The notes under the pieces: model-generated
What the model saw: the letters and a program-made list of their open reading frames with translations, nothing else
Databases searched by the model: none
What the model was told of the DNA's origin: nothing
DNA from: an uncultured Pirellulales bacterium
GTDB taxonomy: Bacteria; Planctomycetota; Phycisphaerae; Sedimentisphaerales; Anaerobacaceae
Reading direction: 5' to 3'
Assembly (NCBI GenBank): GCA_964513655.1
Contig: CAZENQ010000004.1
Location: 3,759-67,758 of the forward strand
Length of the DNA: 64,000 bases
Part shown: positions 18,329 through 27,260 of the stretch, in pieces
Numbering within the stretch: position 1 is the stretch's first letter
How the letters are laid out: each line of letters opens with the position of its first letter
Program-made: the position numbers and the translations under genes

Positions 18329-18625
18329 GCGGATGTTGATGGACCTAACGGCCCGTGGATTGACCGCTACGAAGATCGAACTCGGAGGATCCAAGAGGCG
18401 ATAGACTCAGCCATCAGCGGCGGTACGATTCCTGGGCTGAGTATCAGCAGGAGGCGCGCAAAAGGTGCGGGTTGTATCGATATTTGCGGGCGGCAGCTAT
18501 CATTAGGACAGCCTGTAATGACGGGCAGTTCAGACAGACTGTCCTTTGTCCGATGTACCTTCGACGGCGCCATACCACCACCCCCCCACCGTTTAGGTAC
18601 ATTCTCATTACTTTACAGTATCTGA
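18329..18625 (+). pseudogene. possible relic of a beta-helix protein N-terminus (open frame without start codon)
   Basis: A 98-codon open frame begins right after a TAG and has no ATG/GTG/TTG in its first 60 codons. It translates to ...RIQEAIDSAISGGTIPG...GAGCIDICGRQLSLGQ...SFVRCTFDG. This resembles the IQAAIDxxxxGDTI...PG cap of the 2463..5693 protein. Confidence 0.2.
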
Positions 18626-19473
18626 CGTCTCCGTAACCAGCCGACGAAGCAAATACCAATACCACCGAGTACTATCGCGCTGGGAGCCGGGATGAAAGTA
18701 GTGTCATGTGAGCCCGGGTTAATATCCCACGTACTGTGAAAATCGGTTGGATTGCCATCAACGAACGTTTCATAGCCATAAACATCAAAGTGGACCCAAT
18801 CGAACCCGTTCACGTCGACCGTAAACGTCAACTCATCACCCAGGCTGCCCGTAAGAGGCGGGAAGCCAGGGTCACCAGGCGCCACATAGTCACCGTCATC
18901 GGTATCGGCGTTATAGTTGTGAACTAGCATACAAGGGTCGATCTCACCTATCCCGTAGAGGAGAAAGTCAGAGACGCCCTCCTGGAAGGGATAGTGGTTG
19001 TTGTTGAGCTGGGGACCATCCGGAAGGAAGTCCTTGCCGGTATAGCCGTCATAGCCCATTGCATTGCCCAGCTCATTTGTCAATATTTCTATATTGGCAT
19101 TGGCATCAGGGTTATAGTAGCTGCCTTCGTAGAGAATAGTGCCCGTCGTGTGCAGCAATTCCAAGGGAGTACCGCCACCATCCGGCGTTATGGTAATTTG
19201 TCCGGTCTGACCCTCCGGGACAGAGACAAGCAGCGTGACCTCCGTAAGGCTCAATGTTGCTGATTGGCCTTGTCCCTTGGACGCCTGATAGGCTCCGACA
19301 ACGACGAGGCTAAACGGGGTTTCGTCGACCAGCCAACTATCTTCATCCTGTCCCCAGTCACCGGCCATAGCGTCGCTGTCGTAACCGAAGACCTGAAAGG
19401 TGGGTACAGCAAACAGGGATTGAGTGAGTAAAAAAGACACTGTAATACTCAGTATTATTTTAGTAATTTTCAT
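18613..19473 (-). CDS. PEP-CTERM sorting-domain protein (exosortase cargo candidate)
   Basis: I prefer the ATG at 19473 (GGAGG upstream) over the TTG at 19494. Signal peptide MKITKIILSITVSFLLTQSLFA. The C-terminus FIPAPSAIVLGGIGICFVGWLRRRQIL has a P-x-P motif, a TM helix and an Arg cluster. Confidence 0.8.
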   Translation of the reverse strand: MKITKIILSITVSFLLTQSLFAVPTFQVFGYDSDAMAGDWGQDEDSWLVDETPFSLVVVGAYQASKGQGQSATLSLTEVTLLVSVPEGQTGQITITPDGGGTPLELLHTTGTILYEGSYYNPDANANIEILTNELGNAMGYDGYTGKDFLPDGPQLNNNHYPFQEGVSDFLLYGIGEIDPCMLVHNYNADTDDGDYVAPGDPGFPPLTGSLGDELTFTVDVNGFDWVHFDVYGYETFVDGNPTDFHSTWDINPGSHDTTFIPAPSAIVLGGIGICFVGWLRRRQIL

Positions 19474-19620
19474 ACTACCTACTTTTACCTCCAAAGGCTC
19501 TCAGGGTGCTGCAAACAGACATCACATCTTTCTGATGTGCTTGCCAGCTATCCTGTCAAGCCTCAGATTTAAGTTAGTCATTTATTCGAGAATACGCTCT
19601 TAGAGGTTTGAAGGAATCTC

Positions 19621-20424
19621 TCAGGCCTGGAGAGGGGGCCCACGCGGCAGGTTGTCAAAAGTAAACGCGGGAAAAAAAATAACAGGCTGCTCAGCTAGTG
19701 AAGCTGTGCGGTTGTGTGCTATAATCAGGTGAGACGAAAGCGAAATTATTGCAGATTGATACGTTCCGGTCTTATCGTGTGTCTGCACAGAAGTATTGAA
19801 ATATTTGGAACGGGAGCAAAGCGGTGAAATATCCAAGTTGTTCGGTATTCCAGCGAGATGGTGCAGGAGGCCTATATATTGCGTGCCTTCGATATCGCTT
19901 CGAGGCCGGCGAGAATTCTCGAGGCAATATGAGTATGTAAGCTGTGCAACAGACCTATGCTCGATGTGATTAGTTCTATGTGCAAGTCGCAGGGCCAATT
20001 GTGGAAGGGCCTGAAAACCAGTCTGGCCCGCCCACAGCAGAGCAGCCAAAGCTGATAACCAAACTCTCCGGTCCCTGACGAGCGAAACACAGAGAAATCC
20101 GGACAAGAGCACGAAGATGGCCGGGGGCACAGCCGGCAGGGGCTTTACGAGGTGTGTGAAACTTTGAGAGCCTGGATGGACCGGCGGCTGTAAGAATTCC
20201 CTTGCGAGATGCGCGAGTTTTGTATTGGCAGGTTGCAGGAGGTTGTCAATACTACCGGAGATTGCAGCAGGAGCATAGACGGGACACGAATCTGTCATCA
20301 GACCAGCATTTCGGATTGTTACTGTTGGGGAAGCTTTGGCAGTAGAAAGCGCGCACAACAAAAGGATTATGCACGCAGATGTGAACACTGCGAAGGGGCG
20401 TTTTGTTTTGCCTGAGGTTACCAC
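19621..20424 (-). CDS. hypothetical protein with signal peptide and an internal PEP-CTERM-like segment
   Basis: ORF track. Signal-like N-terminus FAVFTSACIILLLCALSTAKA. Mid-protein segment LPAVPPAIFVLLSGFLCVSLVRDRR, followed by about 150 further residues. Confidence 0.45.
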   Translation of the reverse strand: MVTSGKTKRPFAVFTSACIILLLCALSTAKASPTVTIRNAGLMTDSCPVYAPAAISGSIDNLLQPANTKLAHLAREFLQPPVHPGSQSFTHLVKPLPAVPPAIFVLLSGFLCVSLVRDRRVWLSALAALLWAGQTGFQALPQLALRLAHRTNHIEHRSVAQLTYSYCLENSRRPRSDIEGTQYIGLLHHLAGIPNNLDISPLCSRSKYFNTSVQTHDKTGTYQSAIISLSSHLIIAHNRTASLAEQPVIFFPAFTFDNLPRGPPLQA

Positions 20425-20782
20425 ACTTTGCTCCCACTAAGAGCGCGCATTAAGCAGCCTGTATTATCCCGTACACTTTTCGGGAAAGCTCATCCGTGAA
20501 GTTTTTAAGCGTGGCGTTCCTCCGCACACGCGTAAAGGCATACTCCAGAAAGTGTATTCTATTGACATTATGATAGCTGGTCAAGGAAAAAATCCGAAAA
20601 AAACAAATATTTTTCATAATTATTGCATTGCTTCTGCAGAGGAGTGGCGTGTTCCTTCGAGTGCTGGGCGTACGACGTCAGAAGTGTTTCTAAGTGCTTA
20701 AGAGAGCTTGGTTTATGTATTTGCAGGGGGGAGGCGATGGAGGAAACAGACAAAGCTGGAAGGTAAGTTGACATGGGACAGG

Positions 20783-21187
20783 TTAGCTTTTTGGAGGTAT
20801 TTTTGAAGGTGCAGGGGTTTTTGGGGCCATTTTTGCTGCCTCGGCAATAGGGATGGGTGGAGTGGTTCCCGATTTGGCGGAGAATCTGGATGCATCGCTA
20901 ATGAATTTCAAGAGCATTGCAATTTTATTTCTGACGCGAATCCTTCTGTAAATATTGCGTATATGAGTTTTTACGGTGCCATGCCTTATTTTTAAATCCT
21001 TTGCTATCTCTTCATTGTTGAAGCCCTGACAGACTAGTTTAGCCACCTGGAGCTCTCTGGGGCTCATGTGGTATCGTCTCTGGATATGGAGCCAGTGTTT
21101 TTCATTGAGTAAAGCTACTCGCGGCCGCTCAAAAACAGAGCTATCGTCTTTAGGACCATCTGTCATATAATGTAGCGGTGTGTGCAT
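20783..21187 (-). CDS. LuxR/GerE-type HTH transcriptional regulator (no receiver domain)
   Basis: MSPRELQVAKLVCQGFNNEEIAKDLKIRHGTVKTHIRNIYRRIRVRNK is a classic GerE-type HTH. The start is 2 nt after the stop of the TPR gene. Confidence 0.8.
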   Translation of the reverse strand: MHTPLHYMTDGPKDDSSVFERPRVALLNEKHWLHIQRRYHMSPRELQVAKLVCQGFNNEEIAKDLKIRHGTVKTHIRNIYRRIRVRNKIAMLLKFISDASRFSAKSGTTPPIPIAEAAKMAPKTPAPSKIPPKS

Positions 21188-21189
21188 CT

Positions 21190-24100
21190 TTAAACTCCTT
21201 GAGATAATTTTTCAAGCAGACGCCGGACTTCAGTAACGTCTGTTGACGATAAACCACCAAACTCAGCATTCATTTTCAAAGCTCTTCTTAGCGTTTCAAT
21301 CGCTTGCTGCTTTTGTCCAACCTTGGCCAAAGCTCTCCCTAAATGTAAGTACGAAGCCACGGCCGAGGAAGTTCCGTGGGGATACATTTCCAAGCATCTT
21401 GTGAAATCCTGAATGGCTTTGTCATATTGACCGAGTTTGTAATAAGCGACGCCGCGAGTATCAATGAGGTCTATATATTCAGGGCTGGTTCTTAAGCCCC
21501 GCTGTGCGAGGTCGATCGCTTCTCGACAGTTACCATACTCCTGACACATTATCCACGCCAGATTATTGATGGCGATTACATTATCAGGGTGAATTGTAAG
21601 AATCTGGCGGTACAGTTCGGCCGATTCGGGTGAGCGGCCGGTCAGTTGCAACAGCAAGGCGAGAGCACTCATAGCCTCGGTGCAACCAGAATCATGTTCC
21701 AATATCATCCGAAGAATAACTTCGGCTGTTTTTTCAGCCTGGCTGTTTCCACTTGTTACCAAGTGCCCGGCAATAGCAATGGGCGTATGAGTATCATCTA
21801 TATGGCTTCGATACCAATCGCAGACCTTGTGGTTTAGTTGTTCCCAGAGTTCGTCGTCCTTAAGCAGCCGGGCTTGTGTCAGCAATGGACCCGGATCATC
21901 AGGGGCAGACTGAACGAGAGAGTCAAACTCCTTCTGAGCATCTGCCTTGTTGCCGTTTTTGTGCAATGCCGCAGCAAGGGTAAGTCTTATTTTTCGTTCC
22001 TCGGCGGCACTGCTACAGGAGATTAGTAGCTTTTTGAGCAGATTTACGGCTTCTTCAGACTGGCTTGCAGCCAGATATGTATCGGCCAACAGTAGTGCAA
22101 TATCGATGTCATTTGGGTCGGAGTCCTGTAATGCCTTGAGGGTTGGAATCGCCAATGCCGGGGAGCGTGCCGCCTCTGCCCTGGCTTTCAAGAGGAGCAG
22201 GGATTTATCATTAGGGTGATAAACAAGTCCCCGCAAGACAATATCTATGGCCTTGAGGGATTGTTGCCGGCGAAGTGCGACTTCTGCCAGGAGTGCCCAT
22301 GCTTCGCTGAGTATAGGCTGGTCTTCGGTGATTTTTTGGAGGATGTCCAGGGCCTTTTCGGTAGCGGCAGCATTTCCTTCAGCGAGTAAGAGACGAGCTT
22401 TGTAGAGATGCAGTTCAGTATCTTCAGTATATAAGGTGAGAGCGTTATCAAGAATATTTTCTGCTTCGCGCAATGCATCGGGATTGACGGCGGCCAAGAG
22501 AAGAGAGAGCGTGCGTTTGGAGATTCCGAGGTTATCAGGCTCCAAGGACCCTGCTTTTTTGATGTTGGTGACAGCTTTGTCGAGGTGGCCTTTGGAGCGG
22601 TAGAAATCGCTTCTGGCTGTCCACGCCTGAACATTATTCGGCTCTAAGGTAGTGGCGTGCTCAAAATCTTTTTCGGCTTTATCATGTTGGCCAAGCATGG
22701 TATATGTTCTGGCGCGAAGAATATATGAGAAAGCGTTATTAAACTCGCTCATTATCTGTTCACACAGCAACAAGGCTTTGTCAGATTTGCCCTGTCGAGC
22801 ATTCAGTTCAATCTGCGCGACTATTACCGGCAGTGCATTGGGTTGCTGAGTCTTTAATTGGCTCAGCAACTGAACTGCCTCAGAGAACTTGTTTTGTCGC
22901 ATTTTGAGCAATGCAAGGGAAAAACAGATAGACGGGTCATTGGGGTCATCAGCCAGTAAGTTTTCGAGGATATCACATGCGGAACTCAGCCTGCCACGTT
23001 TGAGGTGACTTTGCAACTGGAGTTTTTTCAGTTCTGGATGGAATATTTTTTCGCTGGCTGCCCGGTGGAGAATTTCGTCAGCGCGGTCGTACTCATTTGC
23101 CTTGTAGAGTGCAGCCACAGCGGGAACTATTATGCGAAGATCCTGGGGCGAATAATTCAAGGCCTCGTTGTACGTTGAAATTGCGAGCTTTAACTTGCCG
23201 AGCCGTTCATAAGTCGCTGCAAGAAGTACTCGGGGGGCCTGGTCATCGGGATTAGCAAGCAGAGACTCTTTAAGAAGCGAGATGATTTGGGGATAGTAGT
23301 TTTTGAAACTGTCAGAGGCAAACCAGACTCTTGCCTGTTCATATCGCCATTGCCAACCCTGCTCGCCCTCAATGGTCTTGATTTCGTCGACCAGTTGCTG
23401 GGCCCGGTCGGGGTTCTTTATGACTTTTGCACACTTTAGAAGTTCGCGTTTGAGAAGTAGGTCGTTTGGCAGGTTGTGAACGAGCGTGTTGAGCAGCTGG
23501 TAGGCACTTTCATCCTTGTTGGCCTGGCTATAAATACCAGCCAAGAGCAGACCCAGTTCTCTGGTCGCGGTGGGTTCATGAATACGAGTCAGCGCCTCTT
23601 CAATGATGTTTTCACACTCTTGCATCCTGCCCTTTGCGGCCAACAAAGCCGTGAGAGATTTTAAGAGTTTGACAGATTCTGGAGATATCTTGACAGCTTC
23701 GTACAACTTTAGAATTGCCTGCTCAGTTCTTTGCTGAGCTGTTAAGATTTCAACTTCTGCCAAAGTAATTTCCACATAAGCAGGATAGCTTTGTTTTATC
23801 TCATCGAGCAGGCGCTGAGCCTCACTGAACTGCGATCGCTGGGCGGCAAGTTGAACGTGGAGAACCTTAACCTGGAGGGTCTTGTTTGGAGCCTTTTGCA
23901 GTTCAGCCAAGTGGTTTTCTATGTCAGTCCATAAGGGAGAATCTTTATCTGTCTTTCTTTGGGTAAGCACCTTTATCTGTGCCTGAATATACAATAGAGC
24001 CGGGTCTGGACTGCCAAGAGAAATTTGCATTGCCGCACGGGCTTGTTCTGCTGCGTCGATCCAGCTTGCGGTTTCAACCAACAATCTAATAAGATTCAAG

Positions 24101-25362
24101 CGTGCACGGATGGAATCCGGTTTGTCAGACACGAGGGTACGTAGCTGGCGGATGGCGGCTTGTTTGTCGCCCAATCGTGACAGAGCTGCGGCCAGAGCAA
24201 GGCGGACCCTTGTAGATTCATCTCCCAACTGAATTGCCTGCCGGTAGCATTTGACGGCTTGGTAACCACGGCCTCTCTTGTCGGCTACAAGTCCTTCAAG
24301 AAAAGCAGTAATTGACGGGGCTATACTTTTGCGGCGCAATTTTGAGATACAGTCAGCAGCAAGGTCAAGTTCATTGCACTCGATATACAACTCCGCGGCA
24401 GTGGGCATAAAATCCCAAGGTTGAGAAGCTAGCTGTTCTAGGCCTGATTCCGCAATTTTTAGCATTTTTGTTTTCGAGCGTGACTTCAAAGCGAGCTGAG
24501 CCCAGGTCTGCCACAGGGCCTGAGCGGTGGGCATGTTATTTTGCAGGAAGCTCAGGTGTATTTCGGCCCTGTCTAAGATGTCTGCGTCGATGAGTTCTTT
24601 GGCAAGCCGCAGGCGAACAAGGTTGCCTGACAGATCCAGCTCTTCGGCCTGTTGCAAGTCAGTTAAAGCTTTGGGTTTTTGTTTTGTTCTTAGATGGAAA
24701 GCGGCACGAATAAGATGTGCCAAGGCCGAGGATGGATTGTTTTTTATCGCCTCGTCGAACCAGTATTCAGGAACAGCGGAGAAATCCTGCGGATAGCGCT
24801 CAATTAATTTCCCCAACATCTCGTAAGCCAGTACTTCTTCAGGATGTTCCGTGACGATGGTTCGCAACTGGTCCGCGGCTTGTTCGAGGTCGCGCTGCCT
24901 GGCCATTGATACTGCGAGCATTCTGCGGATTTTGGGATTTTCATTTGTTTGGAGGTATCGTTCGGCAATCAGCTGTGCCTCAGCCGGGATATTCATCTGT
25001 AAATAAAGAGAGACGAGGTTTTTGGCAGCAGCTAGATTGCTCTTGTCAATCCTGAGAATACTGCGGTAAGAGGCAACAGCCTGTTGAATGTTGCCCCGCT
25101 GCAGAGGCCTGATATTAAGCTGGGCATGGGCGTACTTGAGTATGACTTGCACGTTTGTCTGCTCCACATTGAGGTAGCGTCCCAATTTTTCGGCAGCCTC
25201 CTGCCAGTTTTGAGTTTCGTAGGCTTTCAAGCCAGCATCGCGTGCGGTGTACACCATACGGTTTCGTCGCCATTTTCGAAGGCCAACAGCAGTTATTACC
25301 AACACGCCGAGGGCAATTAGAAGCACAATTGCCAGCATCCAGTTAAAACGTTTTCTTGCCAT
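21190..25362 (-). CDS. membrane-anchored giant TPR-repeat protein (PrsT-like, PEP-CTERM system-type)
   Basis: N-terminal TM helix WMLAIVLLIALGVLVITAVGL, then about 1300 aa of TPR-like helical repeats (recurring A..Y...L...P....A...LA motifs). It sits next to the priming transferase, as in described exosortase EPS loci. Confidence 0.8.
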   Translation of the reverse strand: MARKRFNWMLAIVLLIALGVLVITAVGLRKWRRNRMVYTARDAGLKAYETQNWQEAAEKLGRYLNVEQTNVQVILKYAHAQLNIRPLQRGNIQQAVASYRSILRIDKSNLAAAKNLVSLYLQMNIPAEAQLIAERYLQTNENPKIRRMLAVSMARQRDLEQAADQLRTIVTEHPEEVLAYEMLGKLIERYPQDFSAVPEYWFDEAIKNNPSSALAHLIRAAFHLRTKQKPKALTDLQQAEELDLSGNLVRLRLAKELIDADILDRAEIHLSFLQNNMPTAQALWQTWAQLALKSRSKTKMLKIAESGLEQLASQPWDFMPTAAELYIECNELDLAADCISKLRRKSIAPSITAFLEGLVADKRGRGYQAVKCYRQAIQLGDESTRVRLALAAALSRLGDKQAAIRQLRTLVSDKPDSIRARLNLIRLLVETASWIDAAEQARAAMQISLGSPDPALLYIQAQIKVLTQRKTDKDSPLWTDIENHLAELQKAPNKTLQVKVLHVQLAAQRSQFSEAQRLLDEIKQSYPAYVEITLAEVEILTAQQRTEQAILKLYEAVKISPESVKLLKSLTALLAAKGRMQECENIIEEALTRIHEPTATRELGLLLAGIYSQANKDESAYQLLNTLVHNLPNDLLLKRELLKCAKVIKNPDRAQQLVDEIKTIEGEQGWQWRYEQARVWFASDSFKNYYPQIISLLKESLLANPDDQAPRVLLAATYERLGKLKLAISTYNEALNYSPQDLRIIVPAVAALYKANEYDRADEILHRAASEKIFHPELKKLQLQSHLKRGRLSSACDILENLLADDPNDPSICFSLALLKMRQNKFSEAVQLLSQLKTQQPNALPVIVAQIELNARQGKSDKALLLCEQIMSEFNNAFSYILRARTYTMLGQHDKAEKDFEHATTLEPNNVQAWTARSDFYRSKGHLDKAVTNIKKAGSLEPDNLGISKRTLSLLLAAVNPDALREAENILDNALTLYTEDTELHLYKARLLLAEGNAAATEKALDILQKITEDQPILSEAWALLAEVALRRQQSLKAIDIVLRGLVYHPNDKSLLLLKARAEAARSPALAIPTLKALQDSDPNDIDIALLLADTYLAASQSEEAVNLLKKLLISCSSAAEERKIRLTLAAALHKNGNKADAQKEFDSLVQSAPDDPGPLLTQARLLKDDELWEQLNHKVCDWYRSHIDDTHTPIAIAGHLVTSGNSQAEKTAEVILRMILEHDSGCTEAMSALALLLQLTGRSPESAELYRQILTIHPDNVIAINNLAWIMCQEYGNCREAIDLAQRGLRTSPEYIDLIDTRGVAYYKLGQYDKAIQDFTRCLEMYPHGTSSAVASYLHLGRALAKVGQKQQAIETLRRALKMNAEFGGLSSTDVTEVRRLLEKLSQGV

Positions 25363-25396
25363 ATTAGGTTTTTTCTTTCATATAAGTAGTTGATTC

Positions 25397-27208
25397 TTAG
25401 AACTGACCAATAAAATTTTGAATGAGTTTCTTAACGGTTTTCCAACACAGCCACAAATCGATCTTCAAGGACAAATTTCTGACGTATTCTATGTCGTAGT
25501 ATATCCACTCCTGAAAGTCTTTTGTTGGCTCGCGAGTTCTGCAAACCTGCCAAAGTCCTGTGATTCCGGGTCTAACGGAAAGGCGGGCGTCTCTCCAAGA
25601 GGGGCAGAGGGTATTCTCGGCCTCCGGTGAAGGCCTAGGGCCGACAACACTCATCTGGCCGAGCAAGACATTTACAAACTGAGGTATTTCATCGATATGT
25701 GTACCTCGCAAAAATCTGCCGACTGCGCTAGTCCGCGGATCATTCTCGATTCTGAATTGTGGTCCATCAACCTGATTTATACTTCTTAATTTATCCTGTA
25801 ACTTATCAGCACCGGCCAGCATGGTCCTGAATTTCAGACAGTTGAAGGTCTTACCTTGCAGCCCCTGGCGTTTGTCCCTGAAAAAGACAGTTCCCGGGGA
25901 GTTAAGTGCTATTGCCAAAGCGATAAAGGGCGTTATGGGTACAAACAGGATGAGCACGACGACAGCAGCGACGAGGTCAGCAATTCTCTTAAAACACCTC
26001 GCATAGGAGAACTTCGGCCATGTTCGAAAGTTGTTTATGCGGGAGTTGTTGCAAGTTATCACGGTGTCTTTGTCCGGGAGTGAGTAAGCTTTTCTAATTG
26101 GACCAGACTTTTTGGAATGGCGCTGTTGTCGAGCCCTCGAGCCTGTTATTTGGTGTTTTGGGCGCTGGCTAATAAGCACACGGTTTTGCACGAACTGGTT
26201 CTTCGTAATAGAAATACCAGAACGAATGACAGATGTTCTTATGACGGCCCCGGTTTTGATTTTGACGTCGTCTCCGATAATGGCCGGCCCTATTATAATT
26301 GCATTTCGGGCAACACTAACGTTTCGACCGAACAAAACCTTCCCAAACAATCTGGCATCGGGTGATATTGTGACGCCGCTTTCATCCGGGAGTTGCTTGT
26401 GGGATTTTCTGTTTTGATCAGGATAATTCCATCCGGGAGAATTGAGACCTGCTACCAAGAAGGCGAGCAAACCTTCTTCTGTACCTAAATCCAATACGGT
26501 GCCACCAATATTGAGACTGCGCAGTGTCAGTGAGTTTGAGGAACACTCATCAATAAAGCTGGAAAAAGCGAGAGGTAAAGCACCATTCACGAGGAGCCTG
26601 CTGAGGACGTCGGTCTTTATAAAAAGGTAGTGCGGCCAATCGGCGGGCATTGGTGCTGGTTGTATCAGATTATCGTAGAACCGTCGAAATCCGACGAGGT
26701 CACCTTGCGTAGTAATTATCGCCTTTTCATTGGCGGCCTGTAAGTGAGCAAGTAAATTGACCGCTATGACGTCGGCTCGAAGCCGGCCCAACATTTTATA
26801 CAACCGCTGGAGATCTATTTTAGCTGCAAATCTTCCGTTTGAGATAATAAACCATGCGTTCGGTTTGGACGATTTTGCAGCCAACACGGACACAGGCAAA
26901 CTGTCTCTGTAATATATTATATTTGATTCAGCCTTTTTTGCGAACTTGCGTCGGAGGCTTTCAGTGTAAGTGGTTTGGGTGTGAGGGGCCCAGCTTTGGG
27001 GCATTGCTATGACGCCGCTGTTACTTCGATGGTGAGCATCACCGTTTAAGCAACTAACAGTGATACCCGAAAAAGGTTCGCTGCAGAAAGCAAGTCTAAG
27101 CAGCTTTGAGGGTTCGGAAATCGTCGGACCCTGTTGAGCAGTGCAGCGTGCATCATTAACGGGCGAATTCTTATTCTGGTGTATAACGATTAATTTCATA
27201 CTATTCAT
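25397..27208 (-). CDS. priming sugar-phosphate transferase (Bac_transf/EpsB-WbaP type) fused to an N-terminal nucleotidyltransferase-like + left-handed beta-helix module
   Basis: The C-terminal 200 aa read KRIADLVAAVVVLILFVPITPFIALAIALNSPGTVFFRDKRQGLQGKTFNCLKFRTM...DGPQFRIENDPRTSAVGRFLRGTHIDEIPQFVNVLLGQMSVVGPRP. Residues ~285-345 carry hexapeptide repeats NVSVARNAIIIGPAIIGDDVKIKTGAVIRTSVIRSGISI. Confidence 0.85.
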   Translation of the reverse strand: MNSMKLIVIHQNKNSPVNDARCTAQQGPTISEPSKLLRLAFCSEPFSGITVSCLNGDAHHRSNSGVIAMPQSWAPHTQTTYTESLRRKFAKKAESNIIYYRDSLPVSVLAAKSSKPNAWFIISNGRFAAKIDLQRLYKMLGRLRADVIAVNLLAHLQAANEKAIITTQGDLVGFRRFYDNLIQPAPMPADWPHYLFIKTDVLSRLLVNGALPLAFSSFIDECSSNSLTLRSLNIGGTVLDLGTEEGLLAFLVAGLNSPGWNYPDQNRKSHKQLPDESGVTISPDARLFGKVLFGRNVSVARNAIIIGPAIIGDDVKIKTGAVIRTSVIRSGISITKNQFVQNRVLISQRPKHQITGSRARQQRHSKKSGPIRKAYSLPDKDTVITCNNSRINNFRTWPKFSYARCFKRIADLVAAVVVLILFVPITPFIALAIALNSPGTVFFRDKRQGLQGKTFNCLKFRTMLAGADKLQDKLRSINQVDGPQFRIENDPRTSAVGRFLRGTHIDEIPQFVNVLLGQMSVVGPRPSPEAENTLCPSWRDARLSVRPGITGLWQVCRTREPTKDFQEWIYYDIEYVRNLSLKIDLWLCWKTVKKLIQNFIGQF

Positions 27209-27260
27209 ACTATCTGGAGATTGACACTTTCATGGCGATTTTTACCGGATGAAGTGGTTG

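Noticed and set aside
19554-19559. A perfect TTGACA (minus strand) upstream of the PEP-CTERM gene, considered as a promoter -35 box.
   Set aside because: There is no acceptable -10 hexamer at 16-18 nt spacing (catcag/atcaga), so a promoter call is not supported.
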